IMG/VR virus record: IMGVR_UViG_3300045911_000603
DNA from: an uncultured virus (IMG/VR IMGVR_UViG_3300045911_000603)
Taxonomy: Duplodnaviria; Heunggongvirae; Uroviricota; Caudoviricetes
Length of the DNA stretch: 64,000 nt
Strand: one strand, 5' to 3'
How positions within the stretch are numbered: the first letter of the stretch is position 1; each line of letters opens with the position of its first letter. The translations under genes were made by a program, and so were the position numbers. Below the pieces are notes generated by a model. It searched no databases. It had not been told where the DNA came from and saw nothing but the letters and a program-made list of their open reading frames with translations. Shown here piece by piece: positions 38,253-47,552 of this stretch.

Positions 38253-39170
38253 TTACATGCTGATGCCTGCGGATTCACTCATTGCGGTTTCGAGCATATC
38301 CATGATTTCGGTGTGACCTTTCTCCTTAGCCAAGCGCAGGACAAAATCATCCCAGACGTGGAGGTTTGCACCCCGGTCCAACAGCAGAGCAACCGTTTCC
38401 TTGCGTCCAAACCTTACTGCCTCGCGCAAGGCTTCATCAGCCTTGGCATGAATATCAGCCCCACGGTCCAACAGCAGAGCAACAGTCTCGGTGTGACCTT
38501 TCTTCGCTGCCTCGCGCAGGGCTTCATCTTCATTGGCATGGATGTAGGCCCAGCGATCCAGAAGCAGGGACACAATCTCGGTATGACCGTGCGCCGCTGC
38601 AAGGCGCAGGGCTTCATACTCCTGAACGTAAATATTCGCCCCACGGCGCAAGAGCAGGGACACCGTTTCCGTGTGGCCTTCACTGGCTGCAAGGCGCAGG
38701 GCTTCATCATTCTTGGAATGGATGTTGGCCCCACGGCGCAAGAGCAGGGACACGATCTTGGTGTAACCGTGCGCCGCTGCAAGGCGCAGGGCTTCATCAT
38801 CCCTGGCGTGGATGTTGGCCCCACGGTCCAACAGCAGGGACACCGTTTCCTTATGGCCGAAATATGCTGCCCAGCGCATGGCTACATCTTCGTAGGAGTT
38901 GATATTCGCCCCGCGAGCCAAGAGCAGTTTGACCGTTTCCGTGTGGCCATTCTGCGCTGCAAATCCAAGAGCTTCATCATCCCTGGCATGAATGTCGGCC
39001 CCCCGGTCCAGGAGCAGAGATACGATCTCGTCGTAACCGCTCAAAGCTGCAAGGCACAGAGCTTCATCATCTTCGGCATGGATGTTTGCGCCTTGGTCGA
39101 GCAGTTTTTCCACTTCGGCGTTGTCGCCTCTGGCTACCGCTTCAAGGAGTATTTTGTCCAAGTCCTTCAT
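38253..39170 (-). CDS. Ankyrin-repeat protein (about 9-10 repeats of 30 aa)
   Basis: Repeat GHTETVSLLLDRGANIHARDDEALRLAAAH; start MKDLDK at 39170; ends SESAGISM. Confidence 0.9.
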   Translation of the reverse strand: MKDLDKILLEAVARGDNAEVEKLLDQGANIHAEDDEALCLAALSGYDEIVSLLLDRGADIHARDDEALGFAAQNGHTETVKLLLARGANINSYEDVAMRWAAYFGHKETVSLLLDRGANIHARDDEALRLAAAHGYTKIVSLLLRRGANIHSKNDEALRLAASEGHTETVSLLLRRGANIYVQEYEALRLAAAHGHTEIVSLLLDRWAYIHANEDEALREAAKKGHTETVALLLDRGADIHAKADEALREAVRFGRKETVALLLDRGANLHVWDDFVLRLAKEKGHTEIMDMLETAMSESAGISM

Positions 39171-39177
39171 GTGTGGT

Positions 39178-39576
39178 TTATGCGCTGATGCCTGCGGATT
39201 CCTCTTCAACCTCTTGGCTCGCGGCGGCTTTGGCTTCCAGCAGGGCGACGATTTTTGCGTGACCACCATCCTTGGCCCAACGCAGAGCTGCGTCATGTTC
39301 GGCATGAGCGTTCGCCCCACGGTCCAAAAGTAATTCGACAATCTCGATGTGCCCTTTCCATGCCGCCCAACGCAGGGCTTCATCATCCATGGCATGGATG
39401 TCGGCCCCACGGTCGAGGAGCAGGGCCACCGTTTCCTTGTGGCCTTTAGTAGCTGCGAGAAACAGGGCTTCATCATCTTTGCGATGAATGTTTGCGCCTT
39501 GGTCGAGCAGTTTTTCCACTTCGGCGTTGTCGCCTCTATCTGCGGCTTCAAGGAGTTGTTCGTCCAGGGATTTCAT
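39178..39576 (-). CDS. Short ankyrin-repeat protein (about 3-4 repeats)
   Basis: Same repeat type; start MKSLDEQ at 39576; ends EEESAGISA. Confidence 0.9.
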   Translation of the reverse strand: MKSLDEQLLEAADRGDNAEVEKLLDQGANIHRKDDEALFLAATKGHKETVALLLDRGADIHAMDDEALRWAAWKGHIEIVELLLDRGANAHAEHDAALRWAKDGGHAKIVALLEAKAAASQEVEEESAGISA

Positions 39577-39589
39577 GGCGTTGGGTGGG

Positions 39590-39856
39590 TTATGCGCTGA
39601 TGCCTGCGGATGCACTCAATGATTCAAATACATCCTCCGCATCCAAGGTATGCGCCGGAGAAAACCCTGACTCCTTGAGTTCATTCCACATCGCAGCGAT
39701 TGCCTCTTCGCTTCGCCCCTCGGCCCGCAAATTGTCCACATCGACAATCACGGCTTTGTGGTCGGCAGGGTTTTCCCCCCGCCGCTCCATGACAGCCTGG
39801 ACATTGCCGCCCTCCACCCACACAACCAGCAGACTCTTTGACTTTTCGGATAGCAT
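39590..39856 (-). CDS. Small hypothetical protein
   Basis: Preceded by a conserved promoter; ends SASAGISA. Confidence 0.65.
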   Translation of the reverse strand: MLSEKSKSLLVVWVEGGNVQAVMERRGENPADHKAVIVDVDNLRAEGRSEEAIAAMWNELKESGFSPAHTLDAEDVFESLSASAGISA

Positions 39857-39899
39857 AAATTATTTATATACCATTGCGGTGGCTCCTGTCAATCCCAAT

Positions 39900-40121
39900 T
39901 TAGAAACCTAATTTTTCAAACGATTGCTCCAAAATGATGTCTTGGATTTTCTCCATGGCATCATTAAAAGCCGCAAAAGAAATGACCAAATCTTTTACGA
40001 CACCCTCGACGGCAAACTCTTCTTCTCCTATTTGAATAATAGCCTGCCCATCCAATACACGCCATGAAACGTCACGGCGTCCGTAAAACTCTTGAAGAGC
40101 TTTCAAAACTTCTTCTTTCAT
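39900..40121 (-). CDS. Small hypothetical protein, lower GC
   Basis: 73-aa ORF behind a structured leader. Confidence 0.5.
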   Translation of the reverse strand: MKEEVLKALQEFYGRRDVSWRVLDGQAIIQIGEEEFAVEGVVKDLVISFAAFNDAMEKIQDIILEQSFEKLGF

Positions 40122-40252
40122 GTCTCGAAGTCGGGCTTTTCACCCGCTCGCTCCGAAAGGTTCACTGTTCCCTCTGCGCCTCGGAGTCTCGCGCTTCGGG
40201 ATTCGAGGCCTACCACAGCCTCGATGGTTTTATAATATTTATAAACAAAAAA

Positions 40253-40325
40253 CGTGCCCGGCAGGATTCGAACCTGCGACCTACGCAGGGGGAATGCGCC
40301 GCTCATTTGTTCAGCCTACAAACTC
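40253..40325 (-). pseudogene. Degenerate tRNA-like sequence
   Basis: Perfect T arm GCAGG-TTCGAAT-CCTGC, 3' acceptor CGGGCAC-G, anticodon-like arm GCGCA-TTCCCCC-TGCGT; D arm and 5' acceptor strand are mismatched. Confidence 0.55.
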
Positions 40326-40971
40326 AGAGTAGTTTCCCGAGAACAAAACCCACAAGGATGGCGACCAATGGGACAAGAAAATTGACGAGCACTTGCCAAC
40401 GTCCCAACTCCCCCAGGTATTTCACCGCCTCGTGGATCGTCTTGTAGTGATTCGGCAGTTGTTCCAGTAGCTCGACATTGCTCTTGTGTAACTCCTGCAT
40501 GGCCTCCTGGGCCAACTTGGTTGATTCGACAACGGCATTGGAAGATTCGCTCACATCGGCCACGCGATTAACATGACGCTCCATCTCCTCCAGAAGGGCG
40601 ATCTGGAAAAGTTCGCTTTTTTCGCCTACTTTGACAAGTCGGTGAATGGCATTTCGGAATCTCGCATCGGCCAGCCCCATGGTTTCCACCAGTAGGAACA
40701 CTGGATCCTCCGGGTGGACTCCCTTGCTCTCCCACAGTTGCCGCATGTGCTCGATGGCCGGCAACTCGTGAAAACATGCCTCGGCAGCCACTCGCTCCTG
40801 CCGCACCTCATTGAAGGCAGTTTCAACCTTCTGGCGAAAATTGTTCTGCGCTTCTTCTTGCTGATCGACCTCACGAACGGCTTCCTCGTCCAATCCTTCA
40901 TCGGCCATGATTTCGAGGATTTCATCCTCGGTCAAACCAGACGTATCATCTGGCCTAAAAACGCGAGCCAT
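40324..40971 (-). CDS. TraM-like (IncP-type) protein
   Basis: GVHPEDPVFLLVE motif, coiled coil, C-terminal TM; follows traK- and traL-like genes. Confidence 0.55.
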   Translation of the reverse strand: MARVFRPDDTSGLTEDEILEIMADEGLDEEAVREVDQQEEAQNNFRQKVETAFNEVRQERVAAEACFHELPAIEHMRQLWESKGVHPEDPVFLLVETMGLADARFRNAIHRLVKVGEKSELFQIALLEEMERHVNRVADVSESSNAVVESTKLAQEAMQELHKSNVELLEQLPNHYKTIHEAVKYLGELGRWQVLVNFLVPLVAILVGFVLGKLL

Positions 40972-40983
40972 ATGGATGGACTC

Positions 40984-41790
40984 CTACTTGGCAGCAGGGA
41001 GGAAATACGCTTCCGCTTTGGCAATCTCCTCGCTCATGCGTCGCCACAATCCGCGAAAGCGGTTCCGGTCAAGTAGATTGGGTGCCTGGTCCACGGCTTT
41101 GCGCACCGAGAGGGTTTCTTTGGTCAGATAGATGGCCGAGCTTTCCATCAGCCGTTCGACATTGATTTCTATACCCCCCAAGCCAAGGCCGATCTTCCGC
41201 GCAGAACTATTCTCCCACAGCAGCGAATTCTTGGCGTTCTTCCGGTTGAGGGCGAAAACCCAATCAACCTTGTCGCCAATATCGTCCAAGAGGGATTTGG
41301 TTTGCAGGATCACATCACGGTCCTCCTCCACCATGACCACAAAGGTCACGCGAAACCCAAGCTCCTCGGCGGCTTGGAAAATATCCACATCCTTGAGCCA
41401 GGCGATGATGGTTTTCTTCTGCTGCGAGCCAAGACCGTCGAGAATCGAAACATCCACGTCATTGAGCACCATCACCACCCGATCAAGAGCATTGCCCTGA
41501 TCGGTGTCGATAAACTCCGTGCAATCTTTGTGGAATGTTAGAAGGGTTTTGTTGGCCTCGTCGGGATCAAAAGCGGCAAAGGTTGGCTTGCTGGGATGCT
41601 CCTTGAGCCATTCAATCAGTTGAATGAGAAAGAAGGACTTTCCCACCCCTCCCTTGTTGGAGACGGAGACGATGATGCGTTTGGTTGGTGTGCTCATTAC
41701 TTGTTTTTGTTGAGTTTTTCTACGGTTTTGTTTTGGAGACTTTTCCTCGGAATGGGAAGCCTTTTTTGGGGTTTTCGCTTTACTTGTCAT
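40984..41790 (-). CDS. TraL/StbB-like P-loop ATPase (ParA/MinD superfamily)
   Basis: NKGGVGKS, FDPDEAN; alternative start at 41697. Confidence 0.75.
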   Translation of the reverse strand: MTSKAKTPKKASHSEEKSPKQNRRKTQQKQVMSTPTKRIIVSVSNKGGVGKSFFLIQLIEWLKEHPSKPTFAAFDPDEANKTLLTFHKDCTEFIDTDQGNALDRVVMVLNDVDVSILDGLGSQQKKTIIAWLKDVDIFQAAEELGFRVTFVVMVEEDRDVILQTKSLLDDIGDKVDWVFALNRKNAKNSLLWENSSARKIGLGLGGIEINVERLMESSAIYLTKETLSVRKAVDQAPNLLDRNRFRGLWRRMSEEIAKAEAYFLPAAK

Positions 41791-42305
41791 AATCCTTCAC
41801 CGGCCATTTGATCGACGGTGGGAGCCTTCAAGTCGGCAAGAGTGGCTCGGCGGCGTGGAGGCGCGGTGTTCGCTTCATCTGCGCCAGCATTGGTGCCTCC
41901 CTTGGCCATCTGACCATGCACGTTGAGGTTGTAAAGGGGACCATACTTGGCGATCAGACTTTCGATGACTTGCTCCTCGCTCGGTGTCATTCCGCCCTTC
42001 ACGGTATATCCATGCAATAAACGGAACTTCCGAATCTCCCGGCAAAAGTGAATGTAGGAGGTCTTGAATAGCCCCTGGTTGACGCAGGCATCGTGGATCA
42101 CTTGGACCTCAACCCCTCGATTGAGGAGTTGCAGGATTTTGTCGCGATGGAGCATGAGGATATGGAATACGGGGCTGGCCCCTTCGCTGTCCTCCAGTAG
42201 ATCATCCAGCGAACCGGAGAAGTATTCTTTCGCGCGGCGGCGGCCTCGGTGCAATTCCTGCAACGAGACGCTCCGAGATCCATTGGCGTTCTTCTTACTG
42301 GCCAC
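41787..42305 (-). CDS. TraK/StbA-like DNA-binding protein
   Basis: RDKILQLLNRGVEVQVIHDACVNQGLFKTSYIHF resembles the TraK family; GTG start at 42305 with G-rich RBS. Confidence 0.6.
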   Translation of the reverse strand: MASKKNANGSRSVSLQELHRGRRRAKEYFSGSLDDLLEDSEGASPVFHILMLHRDKILQLLNRGVEVQVIHDACVNQGLFKTSYIHFCREIRKFRLLHGYTVKGGMTPSEEQVIESLIAKYGPLYNLNVHGQMAKGGTNAGADEANTAPPRRRATLADLKAPTVDQMAGEGL

Positions 42306-42594
42306 GATTCCCCCCCTTCCTTCCTGGATTAACCCGCTTGCCTTGGCGCAAGGCTGTTTGAAAATTCTGCCACACCCGTTCGTTCCACGTTCTGCGCCCG
42401 CGTTCCAGATCCGAAAGATATGTCGCGGATATTCCCATGACGACGGAAAGCTCCCGAAGGGTGATGCCTGCATTGGTTCGTTGGGCGCGAGCCCTCGCTC
42501 CGGTTGCCACGTGGTCCACATCAGATACCAATTTCTCGCAGAATACGAGTCCTGCGGGTGTGGACTGGCGGGAATTGGTTCTGTGTGCGCTCAT
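42295..42594 (-). CDS. XRE-family HTH regulator
   Basis: RTNAGITLRELSVVMGISATYLSDLERGRR. Confidence 0.8.
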   Translation of the reverse strand: MSAHRTNSRQSTPAGLVFCEKLVSDVDHVATGARARAQRTNAGITLRELSVVMGISATYLSDLERGRRTWNERVWQNFQTALRQGKRVNPGRKGGNRGQ

Positions 42595-42639
42595 ACGCTG
42601 ACAATTGCGGATACGCTTCTACTGCTGTTACTCAACAAG

Positions 42640-43428
42640 TCAAGTAACTTTCTTCGGCGTCGGGCGCATCTTCGCCGCCAGAATATCCACGGATTCCGCA
42701 CCCGATTCGAGGCCTGGATCGGGATGGAGATGACAGCGCACGATCCCGAGATACGTGCCTCCCAACTCCAGGCGGATTGTCACCTTGCGCAAAAAATCGG
42801 GGTGGGGAACGCGCCAGAAGGGAACTTCCTCCAGAGGGTCGGGAATGAACCTCGCCCCCTGGAGCATTTGTCCAGTGACGATAGCAGTTGACATCCAATT
42901 AACGGATCGGACCAAAAACCTCCCCTGGGCATAAGAGCTTTCCGGAGCAATTTCCTTGCGCTCACACCAGACAAGGTAATCCTGATCGCGGAGAACGACA
43001 AAGGCGGCAAATGGGCTGCGTTGCACAGCGGTATGAGACCGATTGTTCCATTCCCTGCGCGATTGGACAAACGGCAAGTGCATCCGGGCAAACAGGTCTT
43101 GATCGTCAAAGACCGGATAGATCACAGGCAGGGATCGATTCCCCCCGTTGAGTTGGTCAATGAAATCGTGGAATGGATGCGGGTAGGGAACCCAGGGTTG
43201 GTGCAATGCCCTCCGCGCCTTGCGCAGCACAAGCTCCTTCAGACGCAATCGCTCGGACTCGCCTAATGCGGCCACGGATTCCTGACCGTCCCTGCTCACA
43301 CAACCCAGCCCGATCCTGGACTTCGCCTCCATGATACGAGTCATGAAAGCATTATGGAAATGCTTCACCATCTTTGTATTGATGCTCCGGGGACCAGAGG
43401 ATGGTTGGGATGTGTGAGGTATGCCCAT
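42640..43428 (-). CDS. Hypothetical protein
   Basis: 262-aa ORF in operon downstream of virD4. Confidence 0.5.
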   Translation of the reverse strand: MGIPHTSQPSSGPRSINTKMVKHFHNAFMTRIMEAKSRIGLGCVSRDGQESVAALGESERLRLKELVLRKARRALHQPWVPYPHPFHDFIDQLNGGNRSLPVIYPVFDDQDLFARMHLPFVQSRREWNNRSHTAVQRSPFAAFVVLRDQDYLVWCERKEIAPESSYAQGRFLVRSVNWMSTAIVTGQMLQGARFIPDPLEEVPFWRVPHPDFLRKVTIRLELGGTYLGIVRCHLHPDPGLESGAESVDILAAKMRPTPKKVT

Positions 43429-43442
43429 ACAGGTGATCTTCG

Positions 43443-45680
43443 TTACAATTTCTTTCTACGCGGTGGCTTCTGCTTGCGCTTGGCAACGAAAACACTGTGG
43501 AGCCACACCAGCCAGCGCACTCGCAAGCTCTCCTTCTTCACGGCAGTATTGACCCAGTGCGGCAATTCCCCGTTGACCGTCACCGGAGGAATATACCCCA
43601 GCGTCCACTCCCCGTCAGAATGCCGGACGATGGCGTGAAACTTCGGCAGCTTGGATTTCATCTCATGGGGTTCAATGTGGTATTGGAACTCCTCCTGGTA
43701 GGAATAGCTTGGTCCTTGGCGGCTCGTGCTGCGCGATTTCTTGATCTTGCGCACCTTTCCCAGCCAATCCGCACTTTCCTGCGCACATTCAATGCTGGCA
43801 GGCGCGAAAATAAAACGGGAGCAGAGGTTGGAAATGATAATCTCCGCCCGCTCCTTGTTGCCCAGGCCGGTTTTCAGCGCACCTTTGGTTTGCGTGGCCA
43901 TGATGGTCGTGGTCTGGCTTTCGCGCAGTTTGTCCACCTCGCCATCAATATCCTGGATAAAGCTCTGCGCCTCATCCTGCAAGCAAAGGAGCAGGTTCCA
44001 GCCCGCTCGATCATCCATCCGCTGGTCAAAGCGGCGCAGCGCGTGATTGTAGAAAAGGAGCTTCAAGATGGTGCAGACATACTGCCGATGCTTCTTGAGC
44101 TTCTGCGGCATGGCCACGCAAACCACCATGCCACGGTCCACTTCCTTGAACTCAAAGGTGGTGTCCGTGCAGAAAACCTCGGCCACGTTCTCATCGATAA
44201 AGTAGTTGAGGTAGTTGCCTATATTCCCCATGACACTTGCCCACGTATCCTTGGCCAGTCCGAGATAGTTCTTCTCCAGGTGATTGAGGGCACCCTGCAT
44301 TTGCCTGGTCGCCTCTTGGGTTTTCTCCAGCCATTCGGCGGGGTCCATGTCCGGTGGCATGGCTGTGGCATAATTCTCCACCGGGCATTCGCTGCGCATC
44401 TTATAGTATTTGAGGTAAGATGTCAGATAGGTCTTGTCGGTAAGCAATTTATGGCAATGGCGCAAATTGGGCAGATGATCGTTGATCGGAAACTCCGTAA
44501 TCTCGTTGGGCTTGTTGATGATGTCGGGAGCATGAGGGATATTTCCCGTCAACCGATTGTGATCCCGAACGGCTCTGTCGAGTTTGATGGCCCACCCAAT
44601 ATGGGTCGCCGCTTGCGTGATGAAATATGCGCTATTTCCGCCTCCATCGCCCCCACCCTCCACGCCTTGCGCGGTCTTGACGATGATGTTGGCATACGAG
44701 TCGGCATTCGTGTTGTCGTCGCCGAGCAGGTTGAACCGGCTTTCGGGCCTCCATCCAGGCTTTGCCCAATCGGGCCGCGTCTGGATCAGGCAAAGGTGGT
44801 GCATGCGCTTGTAATGCTTGAAGATTCCCCGAAGGATCTGATACCAGCTCCCCTTCTCGTCGATAGCCAGGCCACCCCATGGAGCGACGGAATACTTGCC
44901 CAACTCGTTTTTGCGCATCCAGCCGTAGGTTGCAAAATTGACCGTCCGCATTTGTTCCTCTATCGCTCCCCACTGCTGGTCGAGAGCTTCCACCTTCGCC
45001 TCGGCCTCCATCATCGCCGCACGGGCAGCTCGCATTTCCTCCATCTGATTCAACCCTTCGGCAGCAATCATCCTGTTCCGCGCCTTCTCCACTTCCGTCT
45101 TGGCTTCTGTGACCAGTTTGGATGTTTCCTCCAACTTCGCTTCCAATTCCTTGGTTTCACGCTCCATACGGGCAATGACTTCCCGCTCGGCTTTCTCGGA
45201 CTCACTCCCCAAGTAAGAATCCCTGATGACACCCGTTTCCGTCTGGCACAGATTGTGAATGATGGGATTGATGCCGCTCTCGGTTTTGCCCACACCAGTG
45301 CCTCCGGTGATTAACCACCCACGGCAAAAAGCATTCCGATCCCAGTCGAGCTTCTTGCGCTTAACCCACAGCCACAAGGGAGCAAGGCTGAAAACTTCAA
45401 GCTGACAAGTGGTGCCTGGAGGCACCGTGGACTTCCCGGATTGTGGGGAACCTGGTTCCCTGAATACGGTAGAGCAAACCACGCCCCCAACAAGGAAACC
45501 AAGTGCCGGATAGAAGAACGCGGCATACTCCACGGCCCAAATTGGCGCAGCCCCTTGGATCCGCTCAAAGATCCACCACACCGGAGGGATCAACTCAAAC
45601 CGATTGCACACTAAATAGGAAAGCATCGCTCCCGCCAGCCCGCCAAAAAAGAAGAAAATCATGCGGCCTTTGTTCCGCAA
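43443..45680 (-). CDS. virD4: VirD4/TraG-like type IV coupling protein
   Basis: Two N-terminal TMs, Walker A GGTGVGKT, Walker B LQDEAQ, ATQ motif, ESADWLG. Confidence 0.85.
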   Translation of the reverse strand: MRNKGRMIFFFFGGLAGAMLSYLVCNRFELIPPVWWIFERIQGAAPIWAVEYAAFFYPALGFLVGGVVCSTVFREPGSPQSGKSTVPPGTTCQLEVFSLAPLWLWVKRKKLDWDRNAFCRGWLITGGTGVGKTESGINPIIHNLCQTETGVIRDSYLGSESEKAEREVIARMERETKELEAKLEETSKLVTEAKTEVEKARNRMIAAEGLNQMEEMRAARAAMMEAEAKVEALDQQWGAIEEQMRTVNFATYGWMRKNELGKYSVAPWGGLAIDEKGSWYQILRGIFKHYKRMHHLCLIQTRPDWAKPGWRPESRFNLLGDDNTNADSYANIIVKTAQGVEGGGDGGGNSAYFITQAATHIGWAIKLDRAVRDHNRLTGNIPHAPDIINKPNEITEFPINDHLPNLRHCHKLLTDKTYLTSYLKYYKMRSECPVENYATAMPPDMDPAEWLEKTQEATRQMQGALNHLEKNYLGLAKDTWASVMGNIGNYLNYFIDENVAEVFCTDTTFEFKEVDRGMVVCVAMPQKLKKHRQYVCTILKLLFYNHALRRFDQRMDDRAGWNLLLCLQDEAQSFIQDIDGEVDKLRESQTTTIMATQTKGALKTGLGNKERAEIIISNLCSRFIFAPASIECAQESADWLGKVRKIKKSRSTSRQGPSYSYQEEFQYHIEPHEMKSKLPKFHAIVRHSDGEWTLGYIPPVTVNGELPHWVNTAVKKESLRVRWLVWLHSVFVAKRKQKPPRRKKL

Positions 45681-45689
45681 AAATTATGT

Positions 45690-45704
45690 TTTGTAAAGCA
45701 TTTT
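45690..45704 (-). promoter_or_regulatory. AAAAYRCTTTACAAA box upstream of virD4
   Basis: AAAATGCTTTACAAA on -; a divergent copy AAAACGCTTTACA on + at 45929. Confidence 0.65.
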
Positions 45705-45789
45705 CAGGTAGCACCTAGTATCCTCGCGCAGCGGGCTGCGGTTGATGGTTCGCCGCACCCACCAGAGAATTGCAGGGGATGAGGACGAT

Positions 45790-45910
45790 GTTACTACAGG
45801 TTACTGCGGGTTACTACGGGTTACTACGGGTTACTGAAGAACACTCTACATTACTACATGATACTAAAGGTTACTAAAGGTTACTACGGGTTACTACGGG
45901 TTACTACGGA
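45790..45910 (+). repeat. Array of about 12 10-bp units (GTTACTACGG consensus)
   Basis: Seen directly; intergenic between virD4 and the rep-like gene. Confidence 0.9.
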
Positions 45911-46031
45911 TATACAACACGATACTGGAAAACGCTTTACATGGTTTCTAACGTGTTGGTTTTCAGGTGTTTGCAGATTAAAAAATATCGTTTTTCTGTG
46001 ATTCCCGTGCCTGATTCCGAGTGAACAGGGC

Positions 46032-46064
46032 AAAAAAAAACCACCTTGCGGTGGTTTTTTGTTT
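46032..46064. terminator. Hairpin flanked by A and T tracts (bidirectional terminator-like)
   Basis: AAAAAACCACC-TTGC-GGTGGTTTTTT. Confidence 0.55.
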
Positions 46065-46224
46065 GAAAATGCTGGGTGTTTCTGATCAGTATTTAGAAAA
46101 ACAAAACTAAAACTATGAAGAACCGAACAGAAAAAGCCGAAGCGTTTTCCCTAGCGGTTGCTCCTACTCATAGGGGGTTTTCCCCGGCACCGCAAGTTTT
46201 TTTTGCAGTGGCCGGAGAAAATAA

Positions 46225-47526
46225 ATGACCCCTCCAGCCTGCCGCAGACAGATCGAATTGCCGCTCGGAGATTACGAGCGAGTCCTCCCAAGAGGGGAGC
46301 GAGTCCGCGCCAAAATATGCAGCCAAGGACTCACCATCACCGCCCTCTACCAAGCCCTGACCGGAAAAGTGCTCCCCCCATTTCTCCCCTGGCGGGAAAA
46401 AACCACTCCATGCCAAGTAATCCAAGATCGGCTCCTTTACTGCCCCGACACGGGGGAAAAGTTCGATGCCATTGATTTAATCGTCCACTGCCAAGGCTGC
46501 GATCAGCGGCAGGCCACCAAGCTCTACCTCTCCATGAGCGGGCTGAAGTCTCGATCAGGCCGCAAAATTGCCTACAATACAGCCTACTCCATCATGCTCG
46601 GGTATTTGCGTTTGCGCACAGAAAACGAGAAACAACCTTGGATGCACCTTTCGGAGCGATGGGCACAATCCAGTGAACTGTCGCAAAAGACCAGATTGCG
46701 CCTCGTCGCACGACTGCGGGAGGAAGCCCTCCAAGGGAAAGTGCCTTTCTTCCCGGTAATGATCTCAGACACCCAGGAAAATCCCGTCACAGGAAAGAAA
46801 AAAACCTGCTGGAAAATCCTCATTGGGAACTTGGCCTGCGCCAAGGTGGAGCAGAGCCTTTTCCACGCCCAAACAGATGGACGCGACAAGCACATCCGTC
46901 TCAGCGTGCGGGATACCAGCATGAGTGAGGAGCAGCTGCGCTCCATGATTCGCGCTCTGGCTGCAAAATGGCGACCGCAAAAAGCCTCCCCTACCCCACA
47001 TTCCGCACCCTCGAAAATCCTTCCTGCGAAAAGCCAAGGTGATGGACATTTGGGGGATAATAGGGGGAAGCAAATCGAAGATTTGCCACATAGCTGTAAT
47101 ACCGAAGCCTCCTCAGAACCACCGAAATGTCCCCCCAACCGCCCGAAACGGGCATATCACGATGTTTTGCATCCCAAGCTCATGCCTGCGGCCCGATGCG
47201 CCATGCGAAAATTGCAGCAAACGCATTACGACAATTGCAAAATCCATTGGAGTCCTGCCCATGCGTTCAATTTTGTGAGCAATTCCTTGCGGGAGGGATA
47301 CCTCATGGAATCCATGATCCATGCCTACACCCTGGCACTGCACAAATGGCACGGACTGGCCACAGATCGGGGCGTGAAAATGGTCCCGTCGGGATTGATT
47401 GCCGATGCAAAAGCCATCATCAGCCAACATGGGAAAAAGTATGTTCACCCGACCCGCGACCCTGAATATGACGCCATCGCCAAGAAAATAAGGGAATCTT
47501 TAAGCCGCATCGAAGAGGCTGCGTAG
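46225..47526 (+). CDS. Putative replication initiator-like protein
   Basis: N-terminal segment resembles a degenerate CHC2 primase zinc-binding domain (LPWREKTTP...YCPDTGEKFDAIDL); adjacent to repeat array and AT-rich tract. Confidence 0.45.
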   Translation: MTPPACRRQIELPLGDYERVLPRGERVRAKICSQGLTITALYQALTGKVLPPFLPWREKTTPCQVIQDRLLYCPDTGEKFDAIDLIVHCQGCDQRQATKLYLSMSGLKSRSGRKIAYNTAYSIMLGYLRLRTENEKQPWMHLSERWAQSSELSQKTRLRLVARLREEALQGKVPFFPVMISDTQENPVTGKKKTCWKILIGNLACAKVEQSLFHAQTDGRDKHIRLSVRDTSMSEEQLRSMIRALAAKWRPQKASPTPHSAPSKILPAKSQGDGHLGDNRGKQIEDLPHSCNTEASSEPPKCPPNRPKRAYHDVLHPKLMPAARCAMRKLQQTHYDNCKIHWSPAHAFNFVSNSLREGYLMESMIHAYTLALHKWHGLATDRGVKMVPSGLIADAKAIISQHGKKYVHPTRDPEYDAIAKKIRESLSRIEEAA

Positions 47527-47552
47527 AATGCGATCAAGACAAAATCGCTGCC

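Noticed and set aside
38253..39576. Ankyrin gene pair as a diversity-generating retroelement
   Set aside because: No reverse transcriptase in the window and no evident adenine-specific template/variable pair
40253..40325. Functional tRNA-Gly(CCC)
   Set aside because: Acceptor and D stems mismatched, no D-loop GG, pyrimidine at position 37
43497..45314. 605-aa + strand ORF
   Set aside because: Shadow of virD4
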